Part shown: positions 1-8,792 of the stretch, one piece after another
Layout of the letters: each line of letters opens with the position of its first letter
Numbering within the stretch: the first letter of the stretch is position 1
DNA from: Clostridia bacterium
Lineage (GTDB): Bacteria > Bacillota > Clostridia > Christensenellales > Borkfalkiaceae
Assembly (NCBI GenBank): GCA_014805025.1
Contig: JAAUYR010000039.1
Span: forward strand, 256 to 64,255
Length of the DNA stretch: 64,000 nt
Direction: 5' to 3'
The notes under the pieces: model-generated
What the model was told of the DNA's origin: nothing
What the model saw: the letters and a program-made list of their open reading frames with translations, nothing else
Databases searched by the model: none
Program-made: the position numbers and the translations under genes

Positions 1-2
1 GG

Positions 3-257
3 TTTCCCGACTTCACCGAATTTGCAACGAGTAACGAATTTGCCGCTTCACCGGACTGCATATACTTTTCTTTGGGCGACACGGAGGCAAAAACCAAAAA
101 TACCGTTTTGCAAACGGTAGAAACGAATACCCGATATTTGGAAGCGCATTACAGAGCTAAGGGAATTAAGACCGTTTACGTTTCCAACAAGGGAAATCAT
201 TTTCAAAACGCTGTCTACCGTATGGCAAACGGTATTAAATGGATACTGGAAAATTAA
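3..257 (+). CDS. C-terminal fragment of a protein cut by the window edge (function not recognised)
   Basis: The frame is open from base 3 to TAA at 255-257. The stop runs directly into a strong hairpin. Confidence 0.5.
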   Translation, partial: FPDFTEFATSNEFAASPDCIYFSLGDTEAKTKNTVLQTVETNTRYLEAHYRAKGIKTVYVSNKGNHFQNAVYRMANGIKWILEN

Positions 258-288
258 GACCGGTAAGACTTTTAGTCTTACCGGTCTT
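256..288. terminator. Bidirectional terminator hairpin between convergent genes
   Basis: Perfect 15-bp stem aagaccggtaagact / ttt / agtcttaccggtctt. Confidence 0.8.
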
Positions 289-293
289 TAAAT

Positions 294-1037
294 TTATCCG
301 TATGTTCTTTCAAGCTCGTGCTGAATTTCCTCGGCGCGTGCAATTTGTTCATTGAGTTTCCATTTGCCGATATTCTTTCCATTTCTCAAAAACATTGAGC
401 CGCATTGATGAAAATAGAATTCAATATTTCTTTCTTTGGCTTCTAAATACAAATTCTTTACCCACTCGAACTCAATAGGGCGCACGTCGGCTTTCGCGGC
501 CATTTCGCCGCCCACGTTTACGCACTTAATTAGTCCCGTATCCAGATATTTACCAAGTGAAATCGGGCCTATCAGCGGAGAGCAAAATACTTCCCTGTGT
601 TTTACGGGCGCTTCCAAAAAGTGCTTCAACCGAATATCTGCCATTTCCTGATTTTCAATGGAAATACTCATATAAACGTGGTCCCAGCCCTCGCCCCAGT
701 CGGGAGGAACACAGTCCTTGATTCTCTCCGGCCTTTTTGTAGTCAAAACAAACCGGCAGTCTCTTCTCCTTCTGATAAAATCCCAACAGCCCTCTCTCCA
801 TTCGTCGGCTTCTTCAATGAAGAAATCGGAGGAAAAGCAAAGCTTAACCAAGGAGCCGGGCGGACAGTCCTTATCTTTCAGTTCATAGGTTGTTTTACCC
901 TTTTCAAGTTTTGTGGTATCCCTTCCGTATCTTTGGTCCATTTTGTAAACAAAGCAATTCTTGCAGCCTGCACTTACTTTTTTGCAACCGTGCCAAGGAT
1001 TCCACGGAATAGCTTTTTCAATTTCGTTATTCTGCAT
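294..1037 (-). CDS. Phage Gp37/Gp68-family (DUF5131) protein
   Basis: The N-terminal WNPWHGCKKVSAGCKNCF matches the WNP-x-GC-x5-GC-xx-C signature of PF07505. Length is 247 aa. Confidence 0.8.
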   Translation of the reverse strand: MQNNEIEKAIPWNPWHGCKKVSAGCKNCFVYKMDQRYGRDTTKLEKGKTTYELKDKDCPPGSLVKLCFSSDFFIEEADEWREGCWDFIRRRRDCRFVLTTKRPERIKDCVPPDWGEGWDHVYMSISIENQEMADIRLKHFLEAPVKHREVFCSPLIGPISLGKYLDTGLIKCVNVGGEMAAKADVRPIEFEWVKNLYLEAKERNIEFYFHQCGSMFLRNGKNIGKWKLNEQIARAEEIQHELERTYG

Positions 1038-1043
1038 AGTTGC

Positions 1044-1072
1044 ATTATATCAAATTCAGTAGATTTAGTCAA
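1044..1072 (-). promoter_or_regulatory. Sigma-A-type promoter TTGACT-17-TGaTATAAT, with the ATG 6 nt after the -10 (leaderless type)
   Basis: -35 at 1067-1072, 17-nt spacer, -10 at 1044-1049, ATG at 1037, no SD. Confidence 0.6.
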
Positions 1073-1130
1073 GCTCTCACAAATAAACAAGTACAAACCC
1101 TACTGTGCGTATGTTCGTACAATTCCCTGT

Positions 1131-1148
1131 TGGCGGAGAGAGGGATTC
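1131..1148 (-). repeat. Partial copy of the tRNA-Ser 3' end (att-like scar)
   Basis: tggcggagagagggattc equals the first 20 nt of the tRNA 3' end (1266-1285) apart from a 2-nt AG deletion. Confidence 0.6.
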
Positions 1149-1229
1149 TGCCGTTTCCCTACGGGAGCCTCGGCAGAGCGTCGGGCTACGCCCTCGCGCG
1201 AACCACGGGGCTTCTTCATTCCCTCTATC

Positions 1230-1353
<124 letters not shown>

Positions 1354-1421
1354 GTATTATTCAGTTTTTACGAGAGCGGGCGAATGCGGAGCATTCGTCG
1401 TACCGAAGCACGCAGTGCTTG

Positions 1422-1439
1422 CCGCTTCTCCATCTCTCC
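1422..1439 (-). repeat. Degenerate copy of the tRNA-Ser 5' end, located in the tRNA leader
   Basis: GGAGAGATGGAGAAGCGG versus the tRNA 5' GGAGAGATGGCAGAGCGG, 15/18 without gaps. Confidence 0.4.
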
Positions 1440-1474
1440 ATGTTAAATTTGTCCGCCGTATTTCGGCGAGTTTT

Positions 1475-1503
1475 ATTCTACCAAAAAGCCGGCGGACTGT
1501 CAA
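1475..1503 (-). promoter_or_regulatory. Sigma-A-type promoter TTGACA-17-TAGAAT about 120 nt upstream of tRNA-Ser
   Basis: -35 at 1498-1503, 17-nt spacer, -10 at 1475-1480. Confidence 0.6.
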
Positions 1504-1525
1504 ACAAAACTTGACACGTTATTGA

Positions 1526-2236
1526 TTATTTGTCGTTTATATTAATAAGGTTATCAAGCGAGTAAGTACTTTTAATATCGTCAAGATTTCCGCTTTTATA
1601 ATAACTGAAAAGATTGTTGTCAGCGGCATATATGCAGTGGTCGTAGAAATTCACGTTGTTCATATTGCAGATAAGCTGTACTTGCTTTGTAAACCTGTCG
1701 TCGCTCAGCGAAGGCTGGCTGTTGCCGCTTAAATGATTATGCGCAATAAATACTCCGTACGGTTTGACGGTTGATATTATTTTAACAATTTTGTCTGAGT
1801 CCACCTCTACTTTGCTCTTCTCGTTGCAGGAATAGGTAAACGTCTTTTTAAGTTTGCCGTTCTTTTCAAGACAGTAAAATTCGAGCACCTCTTCCGTTCT
1901 GCCACGCATCCGCGTTACCGCATAAGCTTGAAAGTCCTCAAAATTCTTTAAAACGGCCGCGTCCGTATTGCCGCGAAGATACTTTGTGCACTCGCCGATA
2001 CATTTTAAATACAACGCCACGTTTTCGCCTACGCCGTCAACCGTACACAGCTCTTCAACGCTGGCGTTAAGAACTCCCGATAGGTTTACAAACGTATTCA
2101 AAAGCGAATGCGCTATGGGATTTGTGTTTATACGCGGATACGCATTAAACAGCAAAATTTCCAACAGCTCGTGGTCGTACAGCTTATCGCCGTATTTAAG
2201 TTTTTCGTACATTCTGCGTCTATGACCCTGATGCAT
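1526..2236 (-). CDS. radC: RadC-like JAB/MPN domain protein
   Basis: JAMM motif HNHLSGNSQPS and an N-terminal HhH-like region (VDGVGENVA). A GGAGGA SD lies 5 nt before ATG 2236. The longer ORF-track start overlaps the upstream gene. Confidence 0.8.
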   Translation of the reverse strand: MHQGHRRRMYEKLKYGDKLYDHELLEILLFNAYPRINTNPIAHSLLNTFVNLSGVLNASVEELCTVDGVGENVALYLKCIGECTKYLRGNTDAAVLKNFEDFQAYAVTRMRGRTEEVLEFYCLEKNGKLKKTFTYSCNEKSKVEVDSDKIVKIISTVKPYGVFIAHNHLSGNSQPSLSDDRFTKQVQLICNMNNVNFYDHCIYAADNNLFSYYKSGNLDDIKSTYSLDNLININDK

Positions 2237-2249
2237 TTTATCCTCCGTT

Positions 2250-3626
2250 TCAGTCGCGTTTTCTGTTTGCTCTTTTAACAAAATAAACAATCAACACCAC
2301 CGCTCCGCTTACAACATATATCGGCAGTCCCAGAATCGGTAGCGCTAATAAAAGTACTGCAAAAATTATAAATAGAAGCACAATAACGGAAAGATTTCCG
2401 GAGTCATATTCCGGCTCTTCCACCGCGCACATTGTAAAGCTAAGCTCGCCTTCGGGCAGGGCGTCCAAAAGCAATTTATAGCCGCTGTCGGTCTTTTCGA
2501 ATTCGAAGTAGCTGTCCAAAATATAGTACGGAGTATTTACGCGAACTTCCAGCTCGCCGAAGCTGCTCCACTCCTTAGCCGGAGACAGCAGATATTCGAA
2601 CTCGTATTTGTAAGGCTTATAACTTGTTATAATGCGCGGATACAATGGCGCGATAACCGTATTTAAACAGGTTGCGTGCGGTTCAAGGTTTAACTTGTAA
2701 ACGTACCAGCGCATAAACGAGCCTTCGTTAAACTCTGCAAAATGCAGGTCTACTATATCGCTGCCGGCAATACTTGATACGACCGCATTGTAATAGTCGA
2801 TATCCGAAACCTTGCTGCCCACGCTGCGGTACGAAAGCACGAACTCCTTAAACAGAGTTTGGGTTGTAGCCGTCAGCTTCGCCGAAGCGTTTATGACTTT
2901 CGTCCCGTTGGTAAACTGCCATTTAAGCGTAGATAAATCGACCTCGCCGCCGATAGAATAAAACCTGAATTTTTCGCCGCTGATTAAATAATTTTTTAAA
3001 GTTACCGTTTTGCCGTTTGAGGAGTAATATCCGTAACCAGCATACTTTATATTTTTGTCGCGAACGAAAGTCGCCTCCACCTCAACCGCGTCGCGTAAAC
3101 CGGCGGTAACGGTAAACTCGTACGTATAAACGGTTTTGTCTTCGGTAAAGAATTTATCGGTTATAAAACCGTCGTAAATTTTGTTGCTGTCGGAAGTAAA
3201 ATCAAAGCGGCTGTAACTTACGGTATGCCTGAGCTCCGCATCTGCGGAAACTCCGTCTATCGTAACCCCGAATTTATCGGTATCAAAATCGTCGCAGTAG
3301 CTTGGCGGATACCCGAACGGAAACGCAAGCGTCGCCTCGATTTGGCTGTCGGTAGGGTTTTTAAAGACGTACTGCGCCGTAACCTTGCCCTTATAATCTT
3401 CCGAAACGTTTAATTCGGGAAATTCCGGCACGTCGAATGTCAATAATTCGCTTTCGACTTCTAACGGGCAGTTTTCACCCGTAAACGTCGCGCCGGCGAA
3501 CGTAGTGCCGTACCAGTTTTTCGGCCCGGAATTTGCGCTTGCCGTAATATTTGGCGCTAAAAACGATATAAGCGCTGCCGCGGCAAGTCCGCAAGCAGCC
3601 AGATACGGTTTGATTTTACTTTTCAT
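2250..3626 (-). CDS. Exported protein with a C-terminal membrane anchor, unknown function
   Basis: Signal peptide KPYLAACGLAAAALISFLAPNITASA and a C-terminal TM helix followed by KRANRKRD. The start is set at ATG 3626, just downstream of a consensus promoter. Confidence 0.6.
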   Translation of the reverse strand: MKSKIKPYLAACGLAAAALISFLAPNITASANSGPKNWYGTTFAGATFTGENCPLEVESELLTFDVPEFPELNVSEDYKGKVTAQYVFKNPTDSQIEATLAFPFGYPPSYCDDFDTDKFGVTIDGVSADAELRHTVSYSRFDFTSDSNKIYDGFITDKFFTEDKTVYTYEFTVTAGLRDAVEVEATFVRDKNIKYAGYGYYSSNGKTVTLKNYLISGEKFRFYSIGGEVDLSTLKWQFTNGTKVINASAKLTATTQTLFKEFVLSYRSVGSKVSDIDYYNAVVSSIAGSDIVDLHFAEFNEGSFMRWYVYKLNLEPHATCLNTVIAPLYPRIITSYKPYKYEFEYLLSPAKEWSSFGELEVRVNTPYYILDSYFEFEKTDSGYKLLLDALPEGELSFTMCAVEEPEYDSGNLSVIVLLFIIFAVLLLALPILGLPIYVVSGAVVLIVYFVKRANRKRD

Positions 3627-3635
3627 AGCTCTTTT

Positions 3636-3664
3636 ATTATACTTAAATAACCACATTTTGTCAA
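3636..3664 (-). promoter_or_regulatory. Consensus promoter TTGACA-17-TATAAT, with the ATG 9 nt after the -10
   Basis: -35 at 3659-3664, -10 at 3636-3641, ATG at 3626. Confidence 0.65.
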
Positions 3665-3687
3665 TTGCACCATTAGACGCAAATAAA

Positions 3688-3716
3688 TTGACAGCTATTA
3701 TTTATTGGGATATAAT
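3688..3716 (+). promoter_or_regulatory. Consensus promoter TTGACA-17-TATAAT, with the ATG 6 nt after the -10 (leaderless type)
   Basis: -35 at 3688-3693, -10 at 3711-3716, ATG at 3723. The ORF-track TTG start at 3705 lies inside the promoter. Confidence 0.65.
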
Positions 3717-3722
3717 AATATT

Positions 3723-4523
3723 ATGCACATTGAAAAGCTAAAACTCAGAAAACTGAACAACACTCGTGATTTGGGCGGTTTTGCCACGACGGACGGCAGA
3801 AAAATAAAGCGCGGAAAGCTGATAAGGAGCGGCAAGCTTTACAAGCTGCCTAAGAGCACGCAAAAAAAGCTTAAAGATATCGGCGTTTCGACAATTGTTG
3901 ATATGCGCATGGATTTGGAATGTCAGGAATACCCCACCACCGTCATGGAAGGAGTAAACTACGTGCGCGTGCCTATCGTGTGCACGGCGACTACTGGAAT
4001 TACTCACGAAAAAAAGAGTATGGCACGCACGATGCTTGCCGAAAGCAAGCGCATAAAACACGAGTTCGGCGACTGCGACAATTATATTTTAAAGACTTAC
4101 GAGATAATACTTTTCGACGAGGCCTCGCAGAAAAAACTCAGAGAATTTTTAGACCTTGTAATTAAGGAAGAAGGCTGTATCTTGTGGCATTGCAGTGCCG
4201 GAAAGGACAGAACGGGAATTTCCGCAATGCTTTTGGAAGCGCTTTTGGGCGTTGACGAGGAAACGATAATCGACGATTACGTTATGTCGGATACCTTCCA
4301 GAAAAACAAGCGCAATCTGCAAAAGCTCGGGCTTTGGCTGATGCCGGCGTTCTTTAAATTCAAAGTATTCTTATTCCACCAGATGGCGGCGAAACCGATG
4401 TATATATCGGGGGCAATGAACGCAATTAAGGAGCGATACGGCTCGGTTAAGGAATACTGCAAACAGGCTTTGGGACTGACCGAAGAGGATATCGAAACAC
4501 TCAAAAACAAATATCTTGAATAA
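3723..4523 (+). CDS. Protein-tyrosine phosphatase (Y_phosphatase3-like)
   Basis: CX5R P-loop HCSAGKDRTG and an N-terminal NTRDLGG motif. Confidence 0.8.
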   Translation: MHIEKLKLRKLNNTRDLGGFATTDGRKIKRGKLIRSGKLYKLPKSTQKKLKDIGVSTIVDMRMDLECQEYPTTVMEGVNYVRVPIVCTATTGITHEKKSMARTMLAESKRIKHEFGDCDNYILKTYEIILFDEASQKKLREFLDLVIKEEGCILWHCSAGKDRTGISAMLLEALLGVDEETIIDDYVMSDTFQKNKRNLQKLGLWLMPAFFKFKVFLFHQMAAKPMYISGAMNAIKERYGSVKEYCKQALGLTEEDIETLKNKYLE

Positions 4524-4526
4524 GCA

Positions 4527-4560
4527 AAAGCGGCGCGGGCAAATTTGCCCACGCCGCTTT
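4527..4560. terminator. Bidirectional terminator hairpin
   Basis: aaagcggcgcgggca / aat / tgcccacgccgcttt, between convergent genes. Confidence 0.75.
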
Positions 4561-4568
4561 AATTTATT

Positions 4569-5588
4569 TTAACCTTTATATCCGTTGGGGTTTTTCTGCT
4601 GCCACTTCCATAAGCTTGCGCACATATCGTCAAGCGTCAAGGTCGCCTCCCACCCAAGCTCGCGCTTTGCCTTGGAAGGGTCTGCATAGCAGGCGGCAAT
4701 ATCGCCCTTGCGGCGCGGCTCTATAACGTACGGCAGCTTTTTGCCGCAGGCGTTTTCGAACGCGTGAATAACGTCTATTACGCTGTAACCCTTGCCCGTG
4801 CCGAGGTTATAGGTATAAACGCCGGGTTCGGTAATTTTACTTACCGCCGCAACGTGACCCTTTGCAAGGTCTACAACATGAATGTAATCGCGTACGCCAG
4901 TGCCGTCGGGAGTGTTGTAGTCGTTACCGTAAACGTGAACTTCGTCAAGCTCGCCTATTGCAACTTTTGCTATATACGGCGTAAGGTTGTTGGGAATACC
5001 CTTGGGGTCTTCGCCTATCTTGCCCGTTTTATGCGCGCCGACGGGGTTGAAGTAACGCAAAAGCACAACCGTCCACTCCTTGTCCGCCTTGTAAACGTCG
5101 GAAAGCATAACTTCCTGAAAATACTTGGTTGAGCCGTAAGGGTTGGTCGTTTCGCCAACCTTACAATTTTCGTCGATGGGCAGGCGCTCGGGAGTGCCGT
5201 AAACCGTTGCCGATGACGAGAAAACTATTTTTTTGCAGCCGTGCTCGCGCATTACCTGCAATAAAACGAGCGTGCCGTTTACGTTGTTATCGTAATACTC
5301 TATGGGTTTTGCGCAGCTTTCGCCTACCGCTTTAAGTCCGGCAAAGTGAATTACCCAGTCAATTTTATTATCTGCAAAGATTTTATCAAGCGCGGCGTGG
5401 TTGCGGATATCAGCCGAGTAAAATTTGAGAGGTTTTGCGGCGATTTTACAAACGCGGCTCATACTCTCGTTTGAAGAATTGCACAGATTATCAACTACTA
5501 TAACGTTGTAACCGCTCTGTAAAAGCTCAACGCAGGTGTGGCTGCCGATATAGCCGGCACCGCCCGTAACAAGAATCGTCTTACCCAT
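4569..5588 (-). CDS. galE: UDP-glucose 4-epimerase
   Basis: GGAGYIGSH Rossmann motif and the YGSTK catalytic motif. Length is 339 aa from MGKTILVTGG. Confidence 0.9.
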   Translation of the reverse strand: MGKTILVTGGAGYIGSHTCVELLQSGYNVIVVDNLCNSSNESMSRVCKIAAKPLKFYSADIRNHAALDKIFADNKIDWVIHFAGLKAVGESCAKPIEYYDNNVNGTLVLLQVMREHGCKKIVFSSSATVYGTPERLPIDENCKVGETTNPYGSTKYFQEVMLSDVYKADKEWTVVLLRYFNPVGAHKTGKIGEDPKGIPNNLTPYIAKVAIGELDEVHVYGNDYNTPDGTGVRDYIHVVDLAKGHVAAVSKITEPGVYTYNLGTGKGYSVIDVIHAFENACGKKLPYVIEPRRKGDIAACYADPSKAKRELGWEATLTLDDMCASLWKWQQKNPNGYKG

Positions 5589-5647
5589 TTCAATTACCTG
5601 TAATATCATATTCGGCGGTGCGGAAAATGCGCGCCGCCGTTATTATG

Positions 5648-5676
5648 ATTATACATTGTCGAATAAAAATAGTCAA
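5648..5676 (-). promoter_or_regulatory. Promoter TTGACT-17-TATAAT for galE
   Basis: -35 at 5671-5676, immediately after the glmS stop. -10 at 5648-5653. The leader of about 55 nt contains a 10-bp GC hairpin at 5613-5639. Confidence 0.55.
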
Positions 5677-5677
5677 G

Positions 5678-7435
5678 CTATTCGACGGTAACGCTTTTTG
5701 CAAGATTTCTCGGTTTATCGGGGTCGCGCCCTAAGATTACCGCGGTTTCGTAGGCGATAGCCTGAACGACCACGGCGGAGATGAGCGGCGATAAATACTT
5801 ATCGCATTCGGGCAGCAAAAGCACCTCGCACCTTTTTGAGAAATTGTTATATACTTCGGTATCGTTAGTTATGACCGCGGCCCTGCCTCCGCGCGATAAA
5901 ACCTGCTCTACCGCGTTTTCGCACTTGCCCGCAAGCGCTTTATCGAACATCAGCGCAACGGAAACGGTGTTGCCGTCAATCAAGGCCAGAGTACCGTGTT
6001 TAAGCTCGCCGGCAGGATACCCCTCCGACGGAATATACGATACCTCTTTAAGCTTTAAACTGCCTTCGAGCGCGACAGCATAATCCAAATCCTTACCCAG
6101 GAAATACACGCCGTTTGAACGCGCGCACATCTGCGCAAGTGTATTTATGTCGATATCTTCAATAACCTTTTGGCAAAGCCCGGGCATCTTTTCAAGCTCG
6201 GCCGTTTTTTTGCCTGCAAACGCAAGCGCGGCAAGGTACAGCGCGGTAATTTGACCCGTGTAACTCTTTGTTGCCGCCACGCAAATTTCAGGCCCTGCGG
6301 CAACCGGCACGACGACGCTTGCAAGCCGCGTAAGCTGTGAATACGGCGCGTTGGTTACGGCAACGACTTTTGCACCCATAGACAGCGCAAGCCGCGCCGC
6401 CTCTACGGTGTCCGCCGTCTCACCGCTCTGACTGATTGCAAACACCGCGGTCTTTTCCGTCATGACGGGGTCTTTGTATCTGAACTCGCCCGCCGTTTCC
6501 ACCTCGACGGGCACGCGCGCAAAACTTTCAAAGTAGCGCTTGCCCAAAAGCCCTGCGTGATACGCCGTTCCGCAGCCGACTATTATTATTCTGTTTACGC
6601 CGTCAAGCGCCTTTTTCAGCTCGCCTTCAACGTCGTAAAAAGCAGATATAGTATTCTTTACGGAAGCGGGCACTTCTTTCAGTTCTTTAAGCATATAGTG
6701 GGGGCAACCGCATAAATCAAGGCTTGCGGATACCGCAACGTTGGGTCGCAACTTGCGCTTTACGGGCTTTAACTTGCTGTCGAAAATTTCTATTTTATCG
6801 CGCGTTATCAGGGCGATATCGCCGTCTTCGAGCGAGCAGATATTTTTGCATTTTCCGGCAAGGGCGGGCTCGTCGCTGGCGCAGAAGTTTTCACCGTCGC
6901 CGAAGCCCAAGATGACCGAGCTTTTGCTCTTGGCAACGGCTATCGCCTGAGTATTTTCGCATATCGCCATAAGCGCATATGACCCCTTAACCACTTTAAC
7001 CGCAGCGGCAAGCGCCGTTAAAATATCGCCGCTGAAATTTTTGTTTACGAGCTTTGCCAAAACCTCGCTGTCAGTTTCCGAAAAAAACGTTTCGCCTTTT
7101 TCTATAAACGCGGCTTTGAGTTCGGCGTAGTTTTCAATAATGCCGTTGTGCACTACGGTCACCGCTCCGGCAGAATGGGGGTGGGCGTTTGCGTCGCAAG
7201 GTCTGCCGTGAGTTGCCCAGCGCGTGTGGCCTATTCCGACGCAACCGCGCATTTCCGTAATCAGCGGAGCGAGTTTTTCCACCCTGCCCTGCCGCTTTAC
7301 AACCGATATTTTTCCGTTGCCACCGATAACGGCAAGCCCTGCCGAATCGTATCCGCGGTATTCCAGCCGCCTGAGCCCTTCCAAAACGTTTTCGGCGGCA
7401 TTACCGCCGCCTATATATCCTATTATTCCGCACAT
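5678..7435 (-). CDS. glmS: Glutamine--fructose-6-phosphate aminotransferase
   Basis: MCGIIGY Ntn nucleophile, tandem SIS domains, and a C-terminal LAKSVTVE. Confidence 0.95.
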   Translation of the reverse strand: MCGIIGYIGGGNAAENVLEGLRRLEYRGYDSAGLAVIGGNGKISVVKRQGRVEKLAPLITEMRGCVGIGHTRWATHGRPCDANAHPHSAGAVTVVHNGIIENYAELKAAFIEKGETFFSETDSEVLAKLVNKNFSGDILTALAAAVKVVKGSYALMAICENTQAIAVAKSKSSVILGFGDGENFCASDEPALAGKCKNICSLEDGDIALITRDKIEIFDSKLKPVKRKLRPNVAVSASLDLCGCPHYMLKELKEVPASVKNTISAFYDVEGELKKALDGVNRIIIVGCGTAYHAGLLGKRYFESFARVPVEVETAGEFRYKDPVMTEKTAVFAISQSGETADTVEAARLALSMGAKVVAVTNAPYSQLTRLASVVVPVAAGPEICVAATKSYTGQITALYLAALAFAGKKTAELEKMPGLCQKVIEDIDINTLAQMCARSNGVYFLGKDLDYAVALEGSLKLKEVSYIPSEGYPAGELKHGTLALIDGNTVSVALMFDKALAGKCENAVEQVLSRGGRAAVITNDTEVYNNFSKRCEVLLLPECDKYLSPLISAVVVQAIAYETAVILGRDPDKPRNLAKSVTVE

Positions 7436-7445
7436 ATTTTATACC

Positions 7446-8792
7446 CTAACAGCCGCAGTTTTCCGAAATTTTGTTGGTTAAAATCTTGCAGGACAGCGCG
7501 CAGCATTCCTCGCTTTCGCCCTCGGTCATAATCCGCACGACGCGTTCCGTTCCCGAAGGGCGGACGACTATGCGAACCTTTAAATCGCCTTCGAGCCGTT
7601 CGGCAAGCTCTTTTACGCCTTCCATAGCAAGGGTCTTATCGATTACGGGCACGCTGACCGAAATTTGCGGCAGCGGTCTGAAACCTTTTACAAGCTGAGA
7701 AAGCGAGCCCTTTTCAACGATGGCTTCCATAAGCATAATGGCGGTAACCATACCGTCGCCAGTGCTTTCGTACTTGGAAAACACGACGTGGCCGCTTCGC
7801 TCGCCGCCCAAAACCGCGCCCGTCGCATTCATTGTATCGCATACGTTTTTATCGCCGACTTCGCATAAACTGCATGATATCCCGTGGGCTTTGAGCGATT
7901 TTATAAGTCCGCCGTTGCTCATAACGGTGCAAACTATTCTGTCACCGGAAAGCTCGCCGCGCTCTTTAAGATAATTTGCGCATACGTACATTTCTTCGTC
8001 ACCCGTCACGACCTCGCCGCGCTCGTCAACGGCAATGCATCTGTCCGCGTCGCCGTCGAAGGCAAAGCCAACGTCCAGAGAATTGTCGCGCACGAGCCTT
8101 CTCAGCGCCTCGATGTGGGTAGAGCCGACGCCGTCGTTTACGTTTTCGCCGTCGGGGGTATCGCCTATGACGAAGGTCTTTGCCCCGAGCGCGTCGAACA
8201 CGCTTCTGGCAATGGCAAATGCGCTGCCGTTAGCTCCGTCAAGTCCCACGCGCAGACCCTTGTACGAACAGGTCGAAAGGGATATGAGGTGGCCTATATA
8301 GCGGTTTCGCCCGGAAATATAGTCTACCGTGCGCCCGATATCCGCGCCGCTTGCAAAGGGAATATCTTTGCCTCCGAACGGCTCAAAATCTCCGCTTAAA
8401 TAGCGTTCAACGAGGCATATTACGGGGTCTTCCATCTTTTCGCCCTGCCCGTTCATAAGCTTTATGCCGTTATCGTAATAGGGGTTGTGGCTTGCGGAAA
8501 CCATAATTCCGCAGTCGAAGCCGTCGCACCGTGTTATATACGAAACGGAAGGGGTGGTCGTAACGTGCAGAATGTACGCGTCCGCGCCGGATGCCGTAAG
8601 CCCGGCCGCAAGCGAGTATTCGAGCATATACGACGAAAGCCGCGTATCCTTGCCTATGACCGCCCGACATTTTCCGCCGAGCCTTTCGCCGAAGTACCAA
8701 CCCAAAATTCTGCCGACCTTAAACGCATGCTCGGCAGTGATATTGACGCCCGCTTCTCCGCGGAAGCCGTCCGTTCCGAAATACTTACCCGT
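7446..8792 (-). CDS. glmM: Phosphoglucosamine mutase, with a probable non-canonical ACG start
   Basis: Motifs SASHNPYYDNGIK, FDGDADR and GERSGH are present. The conserved N-terminus GKYFGTDGFRGEAG is in frame upstream of the first canonical start (TTG 8705). ACG at 8790-8792 lies 8 nt after a GGAGGG SD. Confidence 0.8.
   Translation of the reverse strand, partial: TGKYFGTDGFRGEAGVNITAEHAFKVGRILGWYFGERLGGKCRAVIGKDTRLSSYMLEYSLAAGLTASGADAYILHVTTTPSVSYITRCDGFDCGIMVSASHNPYYDNGIKLMNGQGEKMEDPVICLVERYLSGDFEPFGGKDIPFASGADIGRTVDYISGRNRYIGHLISLSTCSYKGLRVGLDGANGSAFAIARSVFDALGAKTFVIGDTPDGENVNDGVGSTHIEALRRLVRDNSLDVGFAFDGDADRCIAVDERGEVVTGDEEMYVCANYLKERGELSGDRIVCTVMSNGGLIKSLKAHGISCSLCEVGDKNVCDTMNATGAVLGGERSGHVVFSKYESTGDGMVTAIMLMEAIVEKGSLSQLVKGFRPLPQISVSVPVIDKTLAMEGVKELAERLEGDLKVRIVVRPSGTERVVRIMTEGESEECCALSCKILTNKISENCGC

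Noticed and set aside
5613-5639. The GC hairpin between glmS and galE as a Rho-independent terminator or riboswitch.
   Set aside because: It lies downstream of the galE promoter, inside the galE leader. It has no U-run in the minus sense and is too short for a riboswitch aptamer. I note it only as a leader hairpin.
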